A program made the position numbers and the translations under genes. Positions 1 to 10,083 of a stretch of DNA of 64,000 nt are shown here, in pieces. This DNA is from an uncultured Actinomycetota bacterium (GTDB taxonomy: Bacteria; Actinomycetota; Actinomycetes; JAHEKZ01), in NCBI GenBank assembly GCA_963829525.1, contig CAWHIJ010000003.1, positions 2,400,001-2,464,000 on the forward strand, written 5' to 3'. Position 1 is the stretch's first letter. Each line of letters starts with the position of its first letter. The notes beneath the pieces are model-generated. The model did not search any database. It was not told where the DNA came from and saw only the letters and a list, made by a program, of their open reading frames with translations.

Positions 1-382
1 CCTTCGCCTCGTGCAGGTAGCCCGTTCCGGGTCCATCGACCGGCAGGTCCATCGGCATGCCTGGGCTGACGAGCAGCACCGGGATCGAGTCGGAGTACGC
101 CTGCGCCACCGCGGTGGCCGCGTTGTAGACAGCCGGGCCACTCGTGACCACCGCGACACCTGGTCGCCCTGAGGTCCGGGCGTACCCGTCAGCGGCGTAC
201 CCCGCTCCCTGCTCGTGGGTGGTCGCCACCGTGCGGATGCCGTACCTCGTCAGGGCATCGAAGACCGAGAGGTTGTGCGTGCCGGGGATGCCGAAGACGA
301 CTCCGACATCGTGAAGAGCAAGCGCGGCAACGACGACCTCACCGCCTGTGACGCCGGTCAGATGCACAGCTTCGCGCGTCAC
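1..382 (-). CDS. Thiamine pyrophosphate-binding enzyme (acetolactate synthase-like), N-terminal part; runs off the window edge
   Basis: Manual translation: TGGEVVVAALA..VFGIPGTHNL..HEQGAGYAADGYARTSGRPGVAVVTSGPA..AYSDSIPVL, a classic TPP-enzyme N-terminal domain. GTG start overlaps the upstream SDR stop (GTGA). Confidence 0.9.
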   Translation of the reverse strand, partial: MTREAVHLTGVTGGEVVVAALALHDVGVVFGIPGTHNLSVFDALTRYGIRTVATTHEQGAGYAADGYARTSGRPGVAVVTSGPAVYNAATAVAQAYSDSIPVLLVSPGMPMDLPVDGPGTGYLHEAK

Positions 383-1200
383 CACGACGGTGTCGCCGAG
401 AAGCCGTACACCTGCTTGCCGAGCCACTGCCCACCATCGACAACCAAGGTGTCACCGGTGATGTAGGCGGCGTCGTCGGAGAGCAGGAAGGCCGCCGAGG
501 TGGCCACCTCTTCCGGGGTCGTGAAGCGCTTCAGCGGGACCGAGTTGGTGAGGCTAGCCCGGTCCTGCTCGGTCGGCCACAGGGCGGCTCCGGCACCCTC
601 GGTCTCTGTCGGGCCAGGAGCGATGCAGTTGATTCGGATCCCGTAGCGCGCCCACTCGACAGCGAGCGTGCGCGTCATCGCTTGAACGCCGGCCTTGGCC
701 GCAGCGCTGTGCACGACTCCGGGGTGGCCGGTCCATGCGTAGGTGGCGATCACGTTGAGGATCGAGCCGCCGTCCTCCCGCTCCTTGACGATGCGCGCGA
801 ATGACCGCGAGCAGTAGAAGGTGCCGTTCAGCACGATGTCGACGACGGCTTTGAACCCGCGCGGGCTCATCTCCTCCGCAGGAACCACAAAGTTGCCGGC
901 CGCGTTGTTCACGAGGATGTGCAGACTGCCGAGCTCGTCGGCGATCGACCCGAAGGCCTCCTCGACAGCATCGTGGTCGCGGACGTCGAGCGAACGCGTG
1001 GTGATGCGATCGGCATTGATCTCCGACTGCGCTCTTCCCAGCTTTTCGGCGTCGCGTCCGATCAGCGCCAGCGTGGCTCCGCCGGCCGCCAGGCGGTGCG
1101 CGATGCCAAGACCGATGCCACTGCCACCACCGGTGATGATCGCGACCTTGCCGGCGAACTGCTGTGGGTCGACGGCAGCGGTACTCAGGGAGGAGGTCAT
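379..1200 (-). CDS. SDR oxidoreductase, 2,4-dienoyl-CoA reductase-like
   Basis: TGGGSGIG NAD(P) motif, NNAAGNF, HSAAAKAGV, VVDGGQWL. Confidence 0.88.
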   Translation of the reverse strand: MTSSLSTAAVDPQQFAGKVAIITGGGSGIGLGIAHRLAAGGATLALIGRDAEKLGRAQSEINADRITTRSLDVRDHDAVEEAFGSIADELGSLHILVNNAAGNFVVPAEEMSPRGFKAVVDIVLNGTFYCSRSFARIVKEREDGGSILNVIATYAWTGHPGVVHSAAAKAGVQAMTRTLAVEWARYGIRINCIAPGPTETEGAGAALWPTEQDRASLTNSVPLKRFTTPEEVATSAAFLLSDDAAYITGDTLVVDGGQWLGKQVYGFSATPSW

Positions 1201-2387
1201 GACAGGACTCCGATCGTGGGGGTGGCGGCCAGTCGTCGAGAGATGATCAGACGCTGGATGTCAGACGTTCCTTCTTCGATCTCTTCGAGCTTGGCGTCCC
1301 GCATCCACTTCTCGGCAAGGAACTCGCGCGAGTAGCCCCAGCCTCCCAGGGTCTGGACCGCTCCCCAGGTGCAGAACATGGCCGCCTCGGACGCCACGAG
1401 CTTGGCCTGCGCGCAGATCGCCGCCGCGTCGAGCCCAGCATCCAGACGCTTGGCCGCACGCCATACCAGAAGCCGCGAAGCCTCGACGCGCGTTGCCATG
1501 TCAGCCAGCCGGAAGGCGACGGCCTGGTGCTCGATGATCGGCTTGCCGAACTGGTTGCGCTGCTTGGCGTACTCGAGCGCGTACTCAGTTGCGGCCCGTG
1601 CAGCGCCGGTCGCGGCCGCCCCGAGAATGGCGCGTGACGCATCAAACGTGTGCATCAGGCCATAGAAACCCTGGCCTTCCTCGCCGAGCCGGTCCTCTTC
1701 GGGTACGAAGACGTCGTCGAGGAAGAGCTCGGTGTTGACCAGTGCGCGTTGCCCCATCTTCTTCATCGGCTGCCCGAAGCTGAGCCCTTCGACGCCTTTG
1801 CGCATCATGAAGGCGGTAACGCCTTTGGAGCGTTGGGTCGGGTCTGTCTTGGCGAAGACGACATAGAACTCAGCAGACCCACCGTTGCTGATCCAGGTCT
1901 TCTGCCCACTGAGGCGGTAACCGCCATCGACCTTGACGGCTTTGGTCGTCATGGCGGCAGAGTCCGAACCGACCTCAGGCTCGGTGACGGCGAGCGACGT
2001 CATCGGGGTGTCGGTCTGCGCGAGCGGAGTGAGCCAGCGCACCTTCTGCTCCGGAGTCCCCAGCTCCATCACCGGGTGCGCGAAGAAGCCGTTGGAGGCC
2101 ACCAGGTTGCCGATGCCGGGGTCTCCGGCGCACAGCTCCTCTTGCACCAGGCACTGGCTGAACGTGTCGGTGAACCCGCCGCCGCCGTACTCCTCCGGAA
2201 GCATGAAACCCGTCAAGCCGACCTTGGCAGCCTTGTGCCAGATCTCCCAGGGCGTCTCGATGTCGGCCTCGTCGACCTCGCGGGCGATCGGCCGGATCTC
2301 GCGCTCGGCGAAGCTGCGGGTGAGCTCGACGATGGCCTGCTGCTCGTCGGTGAGCGGCAGCAGTTCTGTCGGCAGGTCGCGCAGCAT
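1197..2387 (-). CDS. Acyl-CoA dehydrogenase
   Basis: AVTEPEVGSD, GQKTWISNG, RNQFGKPIIEHQAV, GGWGYSRE..EIEEGTSDIQR motifs. Confidence 0.93.
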   Translation of the reverse strand: MLRDLPTELLPLTDEQQAIVELTRSFAEREIRPIAREVDEADIETPWEIWHKAAKVGLTGFMLPEEYGGGGFTDTFSQCLVQEELCAGDPGIGNLVASNGFFAHPVMELGTPEQKVRWLTPLAQTDTPMTSLAVTEPEVGSDSAAMTTKAVKVDGGYRLSGQKTWISNGGSAEFYVVFAKTDPTQRSKGVTAFMMRKGVEGLSFGQPMKKMGQRALVNTELFLDDVFVPEEDRLGEEGQGFYGLMHTFDASRAILGAAATGAARAATEYALEYAKQRNQFGKPIIEHQAVAFRLADMATRVEASRLLVWRAAKRLDAGLDAAAICAQAKLVASEAAMFCTWGAVQTLGGWGYSREFLAEKWMRDAKLEEIEEGTSDIQRLIISRRLAATPTIGVLS

Positions 2388-2427
2388 GGGGTCCTCCACG
2401 GTTGGTTCTCACCATCATGCCTGTCAT

Positions 2428-2439
2428 CTGACGCGTCAG
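2428..2439. promoter_or_regulatory. Putative TetR operator, copy 1 (CTGACGCGTCAG)
   Basis: Perfect 12-bp palindrome, repeated at 2505-2516, in the divergent intergenic region. Confidence 0.7.
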
Positions 2440-2502
2440 TCAACCCATGATGAATGCTGTTTCAGCAGGTGGAACCTCCAATACGCTTACATACTGGTCA
2501 AC

Positions 2503-2518
2503 AACTGACGCGTCAGTT
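2503..2518. promoter_or_regulatory. Putative TetR operator, copy 2 (AACTGACGCGTCAGTT)
   Basis: Perfect 16-bp palindrome 11 bp upstream of the tetR start. Confidence 0.75.
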
Positions 2519-2529
2519 AGTATTGACCC

Positions 2530-3123
2530 ATGAGTGTTGCAGCCGTTGAGGAGGACCGCCGTCGGGAGATTCTTGACGCCGCCGTGTCCGTCGTTGTCGA
2601 ACGCGGGTACGCCTCAGCACGGGTCTCCGACATCGCCAAGCGGGCCGGAACCAGCACCGGAACGGTGCACTACTACTTCCCCACCAAGGTCGACGTGCTC
2701 GACGCCGCGCTCCAGCACGCGTCCGAACGCTCCCACGCGCGCCACCGCGCTGAGCTGGTCGCGCTCACCGAGCCGCGCGAGCAGCTCTTGCGCCTGATCG
2801 ACCTGCAGATCCCCGACGCCGACATCGCCGACGAGTGGGCGATCTGGCTGGAGTTCTGGAACGAGGCACGTCGTCGCGACGAGCTGCGTGACCGCAACCA
2901 CGAGATCTACACCCGGTGGGTCAGCATGATCGAGTCGATCGTGCGCAATGGTCAGCGGCAGGGACAGTTCTCGCTCGACGCCGACCCAGCGGACTTCGCC
3001 CTGAGGTTCGCCGGGCTCTTCGACGGGCTCGGCATCCAGGTGCTGCTGCAACCGTCACTGGAGAACCGCTGGCGGCTACGTGCAGCGCTCCGCGGGGTGG
3101 TGGAGCGCGAGCTCCTCGCCTGA
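2530..3123 (+). CDS. TetR family regulator (BetI-type C-terminus)
   Basis: HTH: RVSDIAKRAGTSTGTVHYYFPTK; WLEFW motif. Confidence 0.92.
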   Translation: MSVAAVEEDRRREILDAAVSVVVERGYASARVSDIAKRAGTSTGTVHYYFPTKVDVLDAALQHASERSHARHRAELVALTEPREQLLRLIDLQIPDADIADEWAIWLEFWNEARRRDELRDRNHEIYTRWVSMIESIVRNGQRQGQFSLDADPADFALRFAGLFDGLGIQVLLQPSLENRWRLRAALRGVVERELLA

Positions 3124-3191
3124 TCGGTGCGGCGGCAGGGTCGGTGAGCCCTGCCGGTAATGTCGGCGGTACACACCTGAGGAGCCATCAC

Positions 3192-3672
3192 ATGCGAGTT
3201 CAAGCGCAGTCTTCGACCCGTCACGATCGCACTGGCGGGACTGGCTCTGCTCGGTCTCCTGGGTGCCTGCGGTGACAGCTCGACCACGGAGGAGAGCACC
3301 TCCGGCGAGACGATGTCGACGACGCCCTCAGCATCGGCGACCGACGACTGCGCCGACGTGACCGCCCTTCAGGATTCGCTGACGGCACTGACCGACGTGG
3401 ACCCGTTGGCCGACGGCACCGACGCGCTGAAGGCCGCGATCACCGACGTCAAGAGCAGCCTCGATGCGGCCGCCGCGTCAGCGTCAGCCACCCTGCAGCC
3501 CCAGGTCGACGATGTGAAGACGGCTTTCGCTTCGCTTCAGACGGCGGTGACTGGCCTCACCGCTGACAACCTCACCCAGAAGGCGCCGGAGATCAAGTCG
3601 GCCCTTACCGAACTGGGCGCCGCGACAAAGACACTTGGAACGTCGATCACCGACAACTGCGTGACCAGCTAG
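3192..3672 (+). CDS. Putative lipoprotein; apparent frameshift immediately after the ATG
   Basis: GGAG RBS and ATG at 3192. The adjacent frame reads EFKRSLRPVTIALAGLALLGLLGAC (lipobox) and continues into ORF 3313..3672. Confidence 0.65.
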
Positions 3673-3692
3673 CCTCGGCAGTTCGGCCGGGC

Positions 3693-3860
3693 TTACGTCT
3701 GCGGGTGGTCGACCAGCTTCGACAGGTAGAGCGGCTCACCGAGCGGCTCCATCACTGACAGCTGCGACTCGAGGTAGTCGACGTAAAGCTCCTCGTCGGC
3801 GAGGATCTGTTCGAAGATGGCGGCGCTGGTGATGTCGCCGACTCCGCGCATGTAGGCACG
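3693..3860 (-). pseudogene. bfr: Bacterioferritin C-terminal fragment
   Basis: MRGVGDITSAAIFEQILADEELYVDYLESQLSVMEPLGEPLYLSKLVDHP resembles actinobacterial Bfr helices D/E; roughly the first 100 aa are absent. Confidence 0.75.
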
Positions 3861-3962
3861 TACTGTCGGGTCAGGCTCACGCAGAAGCGGATATGGCGTC
3901 AAGCCGACCTGCGGTCATCTCTCGCTGTCCCGCTCACGACCAGCCGAGCTAGCCTCGGGACC

Positions 3963-4379
3963 GTGCGGATTCGACACCTGGTAACCGGCGACGTCGAGGT
4001 CGTTCTCGGCGCAGGTCACCTGTTCGACAACCCTCCGACATGGGCCTGGACCGAGGACTTCCTGCGTCGACGGGGCCATCACCTTCTCCTCGCCGAAGTC
4101 GAGGAAGCGCCCGCCGGATTCGTGAGCGGTATCGAGATCGCTCACCCTGACAAAGGCGTCGAGATGCTGCTGTACGAGCTCGGCGTCGACGAGCACTTTC
4201 ACCGACGCGGAATTGGCCGGGCACTCGTGGAGGCACTGAAGGCGTCCGCCACGAGCGCAGGGTGCTCGGGGATGTGGGTGCCCGTCGAGCAGGGGAACGA
4301 CGCGGCTACCGCTCTCTACCGCGCCACGGGGGCACAGGAGCCCGAGCCAGGCACCACCCTGTGGTGGAGCCTTCCGTAG
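3963..4379 (+). CDS. GNAT family N-acetyltransferase
   Basis: LYELGVDEHFHRRGIGRAL acetyl-CoA motif; NDAATALYRATG. Confidence 0.88.
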   Translation: MRIRHLVTGDVEVVLGAGHLFDNPPTWAWTEDFLRRRGHHLLLAEVEEAPAGFVSGIEIAHPDKGVEMLLYELGVDEHFHRRGIGRALVEALKASATSAGCSGMWVPVEQGNDAATALYRATGAQEPEPGTTLWWSLP

Positions 4380-4432
4380 CGAGCCGCCCGCCTCGTCTGG
4401 TTCGAACCGCGAACCCGTGATAGCCAAGAGCC

Positions 4433-5287
4433 ATGGAGCGCGACGGCAACGGCTGGGTCGAGTGCGAGCTCGGACACCGGCACTGGGGGCTGCACGGCGC
4501 AGCGGGCTTGCTGCTCCACACCGCCGACTCCGATGGCACGCTGCGTGTCCTGCTGCAGCATCGCGCCGAGTGGTGCCATCACGGGGGCACGTGGGGTCTC
4601 CCCGGTGGTGCTCGGGACAGCCACGAGAGCGTGCAAGAGGCCGCACTGCGCGAAGCCGTCGAGGAGACAGCGCTGGACGGCACCAAGGTCCGCCTCCGTC
4701 ACACGTTCGTCGATGACCACGGCGGGTGGAGCTACACCACCGTCTATGCAGACGCACTGACGCAACTGGAGACGGTGCCCAACGAGGAGTCGGCGGCCCT
4801 GGAGTGGGTGGCAGCGGACTGCGTCCCGGAGCTCCCCTTGCACCCCGGGTTCGGGCACACCTGGCGGGACGTCCAGCTGCCTCCCCTGACGCTCGTCGTC
4901 GACGCAGCCAATGTCGTCGGCGCGACACCGAACGGGTGGTGGAAGGACCGCACCGGGGCAGCAGCACAGTTGGGCGCGTCTCTCGCACCGTTGATCGCCA
5001 GTACGCTGCGCGCTGGCGACATCGACGGCGTCGTAACCTCGGTAGTTGTCGTGGTGGAGGGCCAAGCTCGGGACGCGATGCTTCCCGAGGATATCGAGAC
5101 CGTGCGTGCCACAGGCAACGGAGACGATGCGCTGGTGGAGGCCGTGCAGACCCTTGCTGCAAGACGGGGCCGCCTCGTGGTCGTCACCAGCGACCGCGAG
5201 CTGCGTGAGCGCGTGACCGCTGCGACGGACGGCGACGTGGTCATCCGCGGCGCTCGGTGGTTGCTGGACCTCATCGACCAGATCTGA
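4433..5287 (+). CDS. NUDIX hydrolase fused to a PIN/NYN-like domain
   Basis: Nudix box GGARDSHESVQEAALREAVEET. C-terminal LVVDAANVVG / VVVEG / GDDAL / VVTSDREL acidic PIN-like motifs. Confidence 0.8.
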   Translation: MERDGNGWVECELGHRHWGLHGAAGLLLHTADSDGTLRVLLQHRAEWCHHGGTWGLPGGARDSHESVQEAALREAVEETALDGTKVRLRHTFVDDHGGWSYTTVYADALTQLETVPNEESAALEWVAADCVPELPLHPGFGHTWRDVQLPPLTLVVDAANVVGATPNGWWKDRTGAAAQLGASLAPLIASTLRAGDIDGVVTSVVVVVEGQARDAMLPEDIETVRATGNGDDALVEAVQTLAARRGRLVVVTSDRELRERVTAATDGDVVIRGARWLLDLIDQI

Positions 5288-5290
5288 GGG

Positions 5291-6944
5291 TTATCTCGCG
5301 AAGACGCGTTCACCCTCGACGAAGGTTTGCGACACCTCGACGGTGCCGATCTCCATCGGGTCGACGGCGAAGGGGTCGCGATCGAGCAGCGCCAGGTCGG
5401 CGTACTTGCCGACTTCCAGCGTGCCCGTCACGTCATCGAGATGGTTCACCCACGCCGACCCCTGTGTGTAGGCAGTCAGCGCCGACTCCAGCGACAGGGC
5501 CTGCTCCGGCAGGAAAGCCTCCTTGCCGCCATGATCGTCGCCGTCCGGTGGCGGCATGCGGGTAACGGCGACGTGCGTGCCCCACAGCACGTCGGGACTG
5601 CTCACCGACCAGTCACTGCCGCCGACCAACCGCGCGCCCGCCCGTTCGAGATCACCAAACGGGTACTGCTACCGCCACCGCGGCTCACCGAGATAGGGAA
5701 TGGTCAGCTCGTCCATCTGTGGCTCGTGACAGGCCCAGAGCGGTTGCATGTTTGCCGCGGCGCCCAGTTCGGCAAAGCGCGGGATGTCGTCGGGGTGCAC
5801 CACCTGGATGTGCGCGAGGTGATGACGCAGGTCGTTCATCCCGTTCGCTGCTCGGGCAGCGGCAATCGCGTCGAGTCCTTCTCGAACAGCACGATCGCCC
5901 AGCGCGTGAAAGTGCACCTGGAAACCTTCAGCGTCCAGCGCAACCACGGCGTCGTTCAGCAGCGTCGGGTCGACGAAGAGAGTCCCGGCATTCGGCGGTT
6001 TGGCAGCCACAGGCATCCAGGTAGGGAGCGGTCATAGCAGCGGTGAAGTTCTCTGCAACGCCGTCTTGCATGATCTTGACGCTGGTGGCGCGGAACCGCC
6101 CTACCTCGCCGGCATCGCGTCGCTCCTTCAACTCAGCGATCTGCTCGAGTCCGCGGCTGCGGTCCCACCACAGCGCTCCCACGACCCGCGCCTTGAGGCG
6201 TCCATCGGCATCACCGCGCATGTACGCCTGCAGGTTGTCCGGGCGGCCGTTGACCTCACCGACGATGGCGTCCTGCCATCCGGTGATGCCGAGTGAGAAC
6301 AGGTATTCCTGCGCCACATCAAGCGCGCGGTCGTAGTCGGCATCAGTCGGGGGCGGCACGAGGTGACTGACCAGGGCCATGGCGCCCTCGTGCAGGCATC
6401 CGGTCGGCTCTCCGTCTGCGTCACGCTCGACGCGGCCGTCACCGGGGTCGGCGGTGTCGCGGGTGATGCCGGCCGCAGCGAGTGCTGCCGAGTTCACCCA
6501 GCCGCTGTGTCCGTCGCGGTTGGGCAAGAAGACCGGACGGTCCGGCACGACGGCGTCCAGCAGCTCTTTGGTGGGCGTTCCTCCGGGGAAGGCCTCCATC
6601 GACCAACCGCCGCCGAGAATCCACGGCAGATCGGGATTGGCGGCTGCGTAGGAGGCAACCGCCGCCACGCTCTCGTCAGACGTCGCGATGGCGTGCAGGT
6701 CGCACTGTGCCATCTGCGTTCCGCCGTATACGGGATGCACATGGGCGTCTTGAAAACCTGGTGTGAGCAGTCCACCACCGATGTCGATCACCTCGGTGGA
6801 CGGGCCGGCCAGCGCTCTCATGTCGCCGTCGGAGCCGACCGCCACGATGCGACCGCCGGCCACAGCGACCGCTCCCTGCTGGGCCGGTCGGCCATGACCG
6901 GTGAAGATGCGTCCTCCGACAAAGACCAGATCTGCGTGTGACAT
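5291..6944 (-). pseudogene. Metal-dependent amidohydrolase (Amidohydro_3), with a frameshift near 5995 and an in-frame TAG at 5669-5671
   Basis: PGFQDAHVH, KIMQDG, HFHALGDRAV, HHLAHIQ, GGSDWSV and GTLEVGKYADL are spread over three ORF pieces. May be intact in vivo. Confidence 0.85.
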
Positions 6945-7016
6945 GGGCGTCAGTCAACCAGCGCCGCGCCCATCATGCGCGAGCTTGACGAGGTTGGCGG
7001 CCTGCGTTATTTTCTT

Positions 7017-7039
7017 CGAAACGAAACCGTTTCGTTTCG
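7017..7039. promoter_or_regulatory. Putative TetR operator
   Basis: Perfect inverted repeat CGAAACGAAAC-C-GTTTCGTTTCG upstream of tetR-MFS. Confidence 0.75.
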
Positions 7040-7072
7040 TTCCTTTCCGTGACCGAGGCCGTAGGAGGTGCC

Positions 7073-7708
7073 ATGACGCCCCAGGCCGTCGTCGCTCGTC
7101 TGCGCCGCTCCGACGTCGCCAGGCACACCGAGATCCTCGACGCCACCCTCGGCGAGCTCCAGGAGTCGGGCTACGACCGGATGACGATGGACGCCGTCGC
7201 CAAACGCGCCGGTGCCAGCAAGGCGACCCTCTACCGCCACTGGCCCCGCAAGGCCGATCTCGTCGTGGCGGCAATCCGGCAGATGCGGGGCGATGCCGCT
7301 GACGTCTTGCCCGACACCGGCCGGCTTCGCGACGACTTGCTGGCCCTGCTCAGGGGCGCCCAGCCCCGCTCGGCCGAAGACCAGCTCTGCGTGATGCGCG
7401 GCATGGTCTCGGCCTGCGGTTCGGACGCCGAGCTCGCCACTGCGTTCTTCGAGCAGGTGGTCGAAACCAAGCGTTCAGCTGCCCTCGAGCTGATTCAGCG
7501 TGCCCAAACTCGCGGCGAGGTGTCAGAGGCAACTGATATCCAGTTTCTTGTGGATGCCGCTCCAGCGATGCTGATCTTCCGACACCTGATGACCCCGTAC
7601 CCAGTCGACGAGAACTACCTCACCCGTCTGGTCGACGAGGTCTGGCTGCCACTGCTGACAGCCAACGCCCCGGCTTCCCCTTCTGCACGTGTTCCTGTCC
7701 ACCCCTAG
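7073..7708 (+). CDS. TetR/AcrR family regulator
   Basis: MTMDAVAKRAGASKATLYRHWPRK HTH; AGGAGG RBS before ATG 7073. Confidence 0.92.
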   Translation: MTPQAVVARLRRSDVARHTEILDATLGELQESGYDRMTMDAVAKRAGASKATLYRHWPRKADLVVAAIRQMRGDAADVLPDTGRLRDDLLALLRGAQPRSAEDQLCVMRGMVSACGSDAELATAFFEQVVETKRSAALELIQRAQTRGEVSEATDIQFLVDAAPAMLIFRHLMTPYPVDENYLTRLVDEVWLPLLTANAPASPSARVPVHP

Positions 7709-7744
7709 ACCCAACCGCTCCCCCACCCCACCCTGAGGAGTTCC

Positions 7745-9300
7745 ATGTCGACCCCCGACAAGATCACCGAGATCGAAGAGCATGCGCACCGGCCCAAGAG
7801 CCTGGTACTCGCGCTCATCGTGATCTGTACCGCGCAACTGATGGTGGTGCTCGACGCCACGATCGTGAACATCGCACTCCCGAGCATCAAAGACGACCTC
7901 GGCTTCTCGCAGGCCAACCTCCAATGGGTGCTCACCGCCTACACGCTGGCCTTCGGCGGCTTCCTGCTGCTTGGCGGCCGCGCCGGTGACATCCTGGGTC
8001 GTCGCCGCGTCTTCATCTTCGGAATCCTGCTCTTCACTGTCGGCTCACTCGGCGGCGGCTTCGCGTGGAGCGAAGGGTCGCTGCTGGCGTTCCGCGCCAT
8101 CCAGGGACTCGGTGCCGCCATTGCCGCGCCCACCGCACTGTCGCTCATCGCCACCGAGTTCCCCGAGGGCAAAGAGCGCAACCGCGCAATGGGTGTCTAC
8201 GCGGCCATGTCTGGAGCCGGCGCCGCGGTCGGCCTGATCCTCGGTGGAATCCTCACCGAGATCGACTGGCGCTGGGTGATGTTCGTCAACGTCCCGATCG
8301 GGCATATTCATCGCACTCGTGGCGCCACGCGCGCTCACCGAAACCGAACGCCACACTGGCAAGTTCGACCTGCCGGGAGCAATCGCCGCCACCACGGGCC
8401 TGGCCATGCTGGTCTACGGCCTCACCCGCGTCGCCACGGACGTCGGCAAGAACGCCACCGCCGGGATCGCCGATCCAGCGCAGGAGGCTTGGACCAACAC
8501 CACGAACATCGCGATCATCGCCACCTCGGTCGTCATCCTCGCCGTCTTCATCGTCCTCGAGGCACGCAGCCGCCATGCGCTCATGCCGCTGCGAATCTTC
8601 GAGAACCGCAACCGTGCCGGTGCCTACGGCATCATGCTGATCATTGGTGCTGCCATGTTCGGGATGTTCTTCTACCTCACCCAGTTCGTGCAGGAGATTC
8701 TCGGGTACTCGCCGATCAAGGCCGGTTTCGCCTTCCTCCCCGTGAGCGTCTGCATCATCTTGTCCGCGGGTACCGCGTCACAGCTCATCACCCGATTTGG
8801 CGCCAAACCGTTCGCCTTGATCGGGTACTGCCATGACCGCGATCGGCATGATGTGGCTGGCGCAGATCCAGCCTGACTCCACCTACGTCGGAGGCCTGCT
8901 CGGCCCGATGATCGTGTTCGCGCTCGGTCTGGGCTTCACCTTCATGCCGCTGACCTTGGCGGCGGTTTCGCAGATCGACGAGAGTGACGCGGGAATTGCG
9001 TCAGGTGTCCTCAACACCACGCAACAGATCGGTGGATCGATTGGCCTCGCCGCTCTCACCACTGTTTCGGTGACCGTGTTTGCCACTCAGTTCGCCGACT
9101 TCATCAATGGCGGTGGGACGCCCCCGGCATCGGGAGCGCCACTCCCCGCTGAGCTGGTCACCGCTCAGGTCGACGGCTGGACGGCCGCGTTCCAGGTCTC
9201 CGCCTGGCTGGCGGTAGGTGCGTTTATCATCACCATCTTTGCCATCAAGGTGACGAAGGAAGAGGCCGCCCACGCCGGCCCCGTCGGCGGCGCTCACTAG
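7745..9300 (+). CDS. DHA2-family MFS efflux transporter, frameshifted near 8302 and 8831
   Basis: LDATIVNIALPSI, GGRAGDILGRRR, WRWVMFVNVPIG, ASGVLNTTQQIGGSIG in three consecutive frames. Confidence 0.88.
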
Positions 9301-9311
9301 TCGACAACCAG

Positions 9312-9357
9312 CAACGTGGTGGTGCGGTCGATCTAGCGGCCGCACCCCACCACGTTG
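9312..9357. terminator. Hairpin between convergent genes, probable bidirectional terminator
   Basis: CAACGTGGTGG-TGCGGTCG...CGGCCGCA-CC-CCACCACGTTG stem. Confidence 0.65.
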
Positions 9358-9362
9358 TTCGT

Positions 9363-10052
9363 TCAGCCGGGCGGCGGAGCGGTGCCACCGAGCCGCTGCG
9401 GTTGCCACCACTGTCCCGCACCGTCATCGGGGTACTCGTCTTGCGCACGTCGCACGAGTGCAATCACCTGTGATCGAAGTTCGGTGGCCGCCGCGTCACC
9501 GGTCAAGGTTGCTTCGATCGGTTCCCCGACGTAGACACTGACCGGTACGCCGCGCTGCTTGAGCGTGGAGTGCTCGTCGTAGGTCCAGAGCCGCTGGCTT
9601 CCCCAGACTGCCACCGGGATGAGCGGCGACTTGGTGGCTTTCGCCAGCCGTTCGGCCCCGGTCTTGAACTCCTTGGGCTCGAACGGCCGACTGATCGTTG
9701 CCTCCGGGAAGAGCCCGACCACCTCACCCGCCTTGAGCGCATCGAGCGCATCGCGAAAGCTCTGCATTCCCGCCTCACGGTCGACCGAGATATGGTGCAT
9801 GCCGCGCATCAAAGGCCCCGCCAACCAGTGAGCGAAGATCGGCTCCTTGGCCATGAACCGCACGTAGCGCCGCGACTGTCGAGCACCGAGGCCCACAAAT
9901 ATGAAGTCGAGGTGGCTGACGTGGTTCGACGCCATGACCGCAGATCCAAGGGCAGGAACGTGTTCGCCGCCCTCGACGCGAAGCTGTAGACCCAGAGCCT
10001 TAAAGGCGGTGAGGGTTGCAGCAATCACTGGTGGGTAGACAAGTTCAGACAC
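9363..10052 (-). CDS. 1-acyl-sn-glycerol-3-phosphate acyltransferase (PlsC family)
   Basis: NHVSHLD (HxxxxD), RFMAKE, LFPEAT; likely GTG start (VSELVYPPV). Confidence 0.9.
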   Translation of the reverse strand: MSELVYPPVIAATLTAFKALGLQLRVEGGEHVPALGSAVMASNHVSHLDFIFVGLGARQSRRYVRFMAKEPIFAHWLAGPLMRGMHHISVDREAGMQSFRDALDALKAGEVVGLFPEATISRPFEPKEFKTGAERLAKATKSPLIPVAVWGSQRLWTYDEHSTLKQRGVPVSVYVGEPIEATLTGDAAATELRSQVIALVRRAQDEYPDDGAGQWWQPQRLGGTAPPPG

Positions 10053-10083
10053 GGCAGTGAGCCTATCTGGGGACAATTCGGGT

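Noticed and set aside
5669-5671. Pyrrolysine or amber recoding
   Set aside because: TAG is a normal stop for many genes in this window and the context fits Trp.
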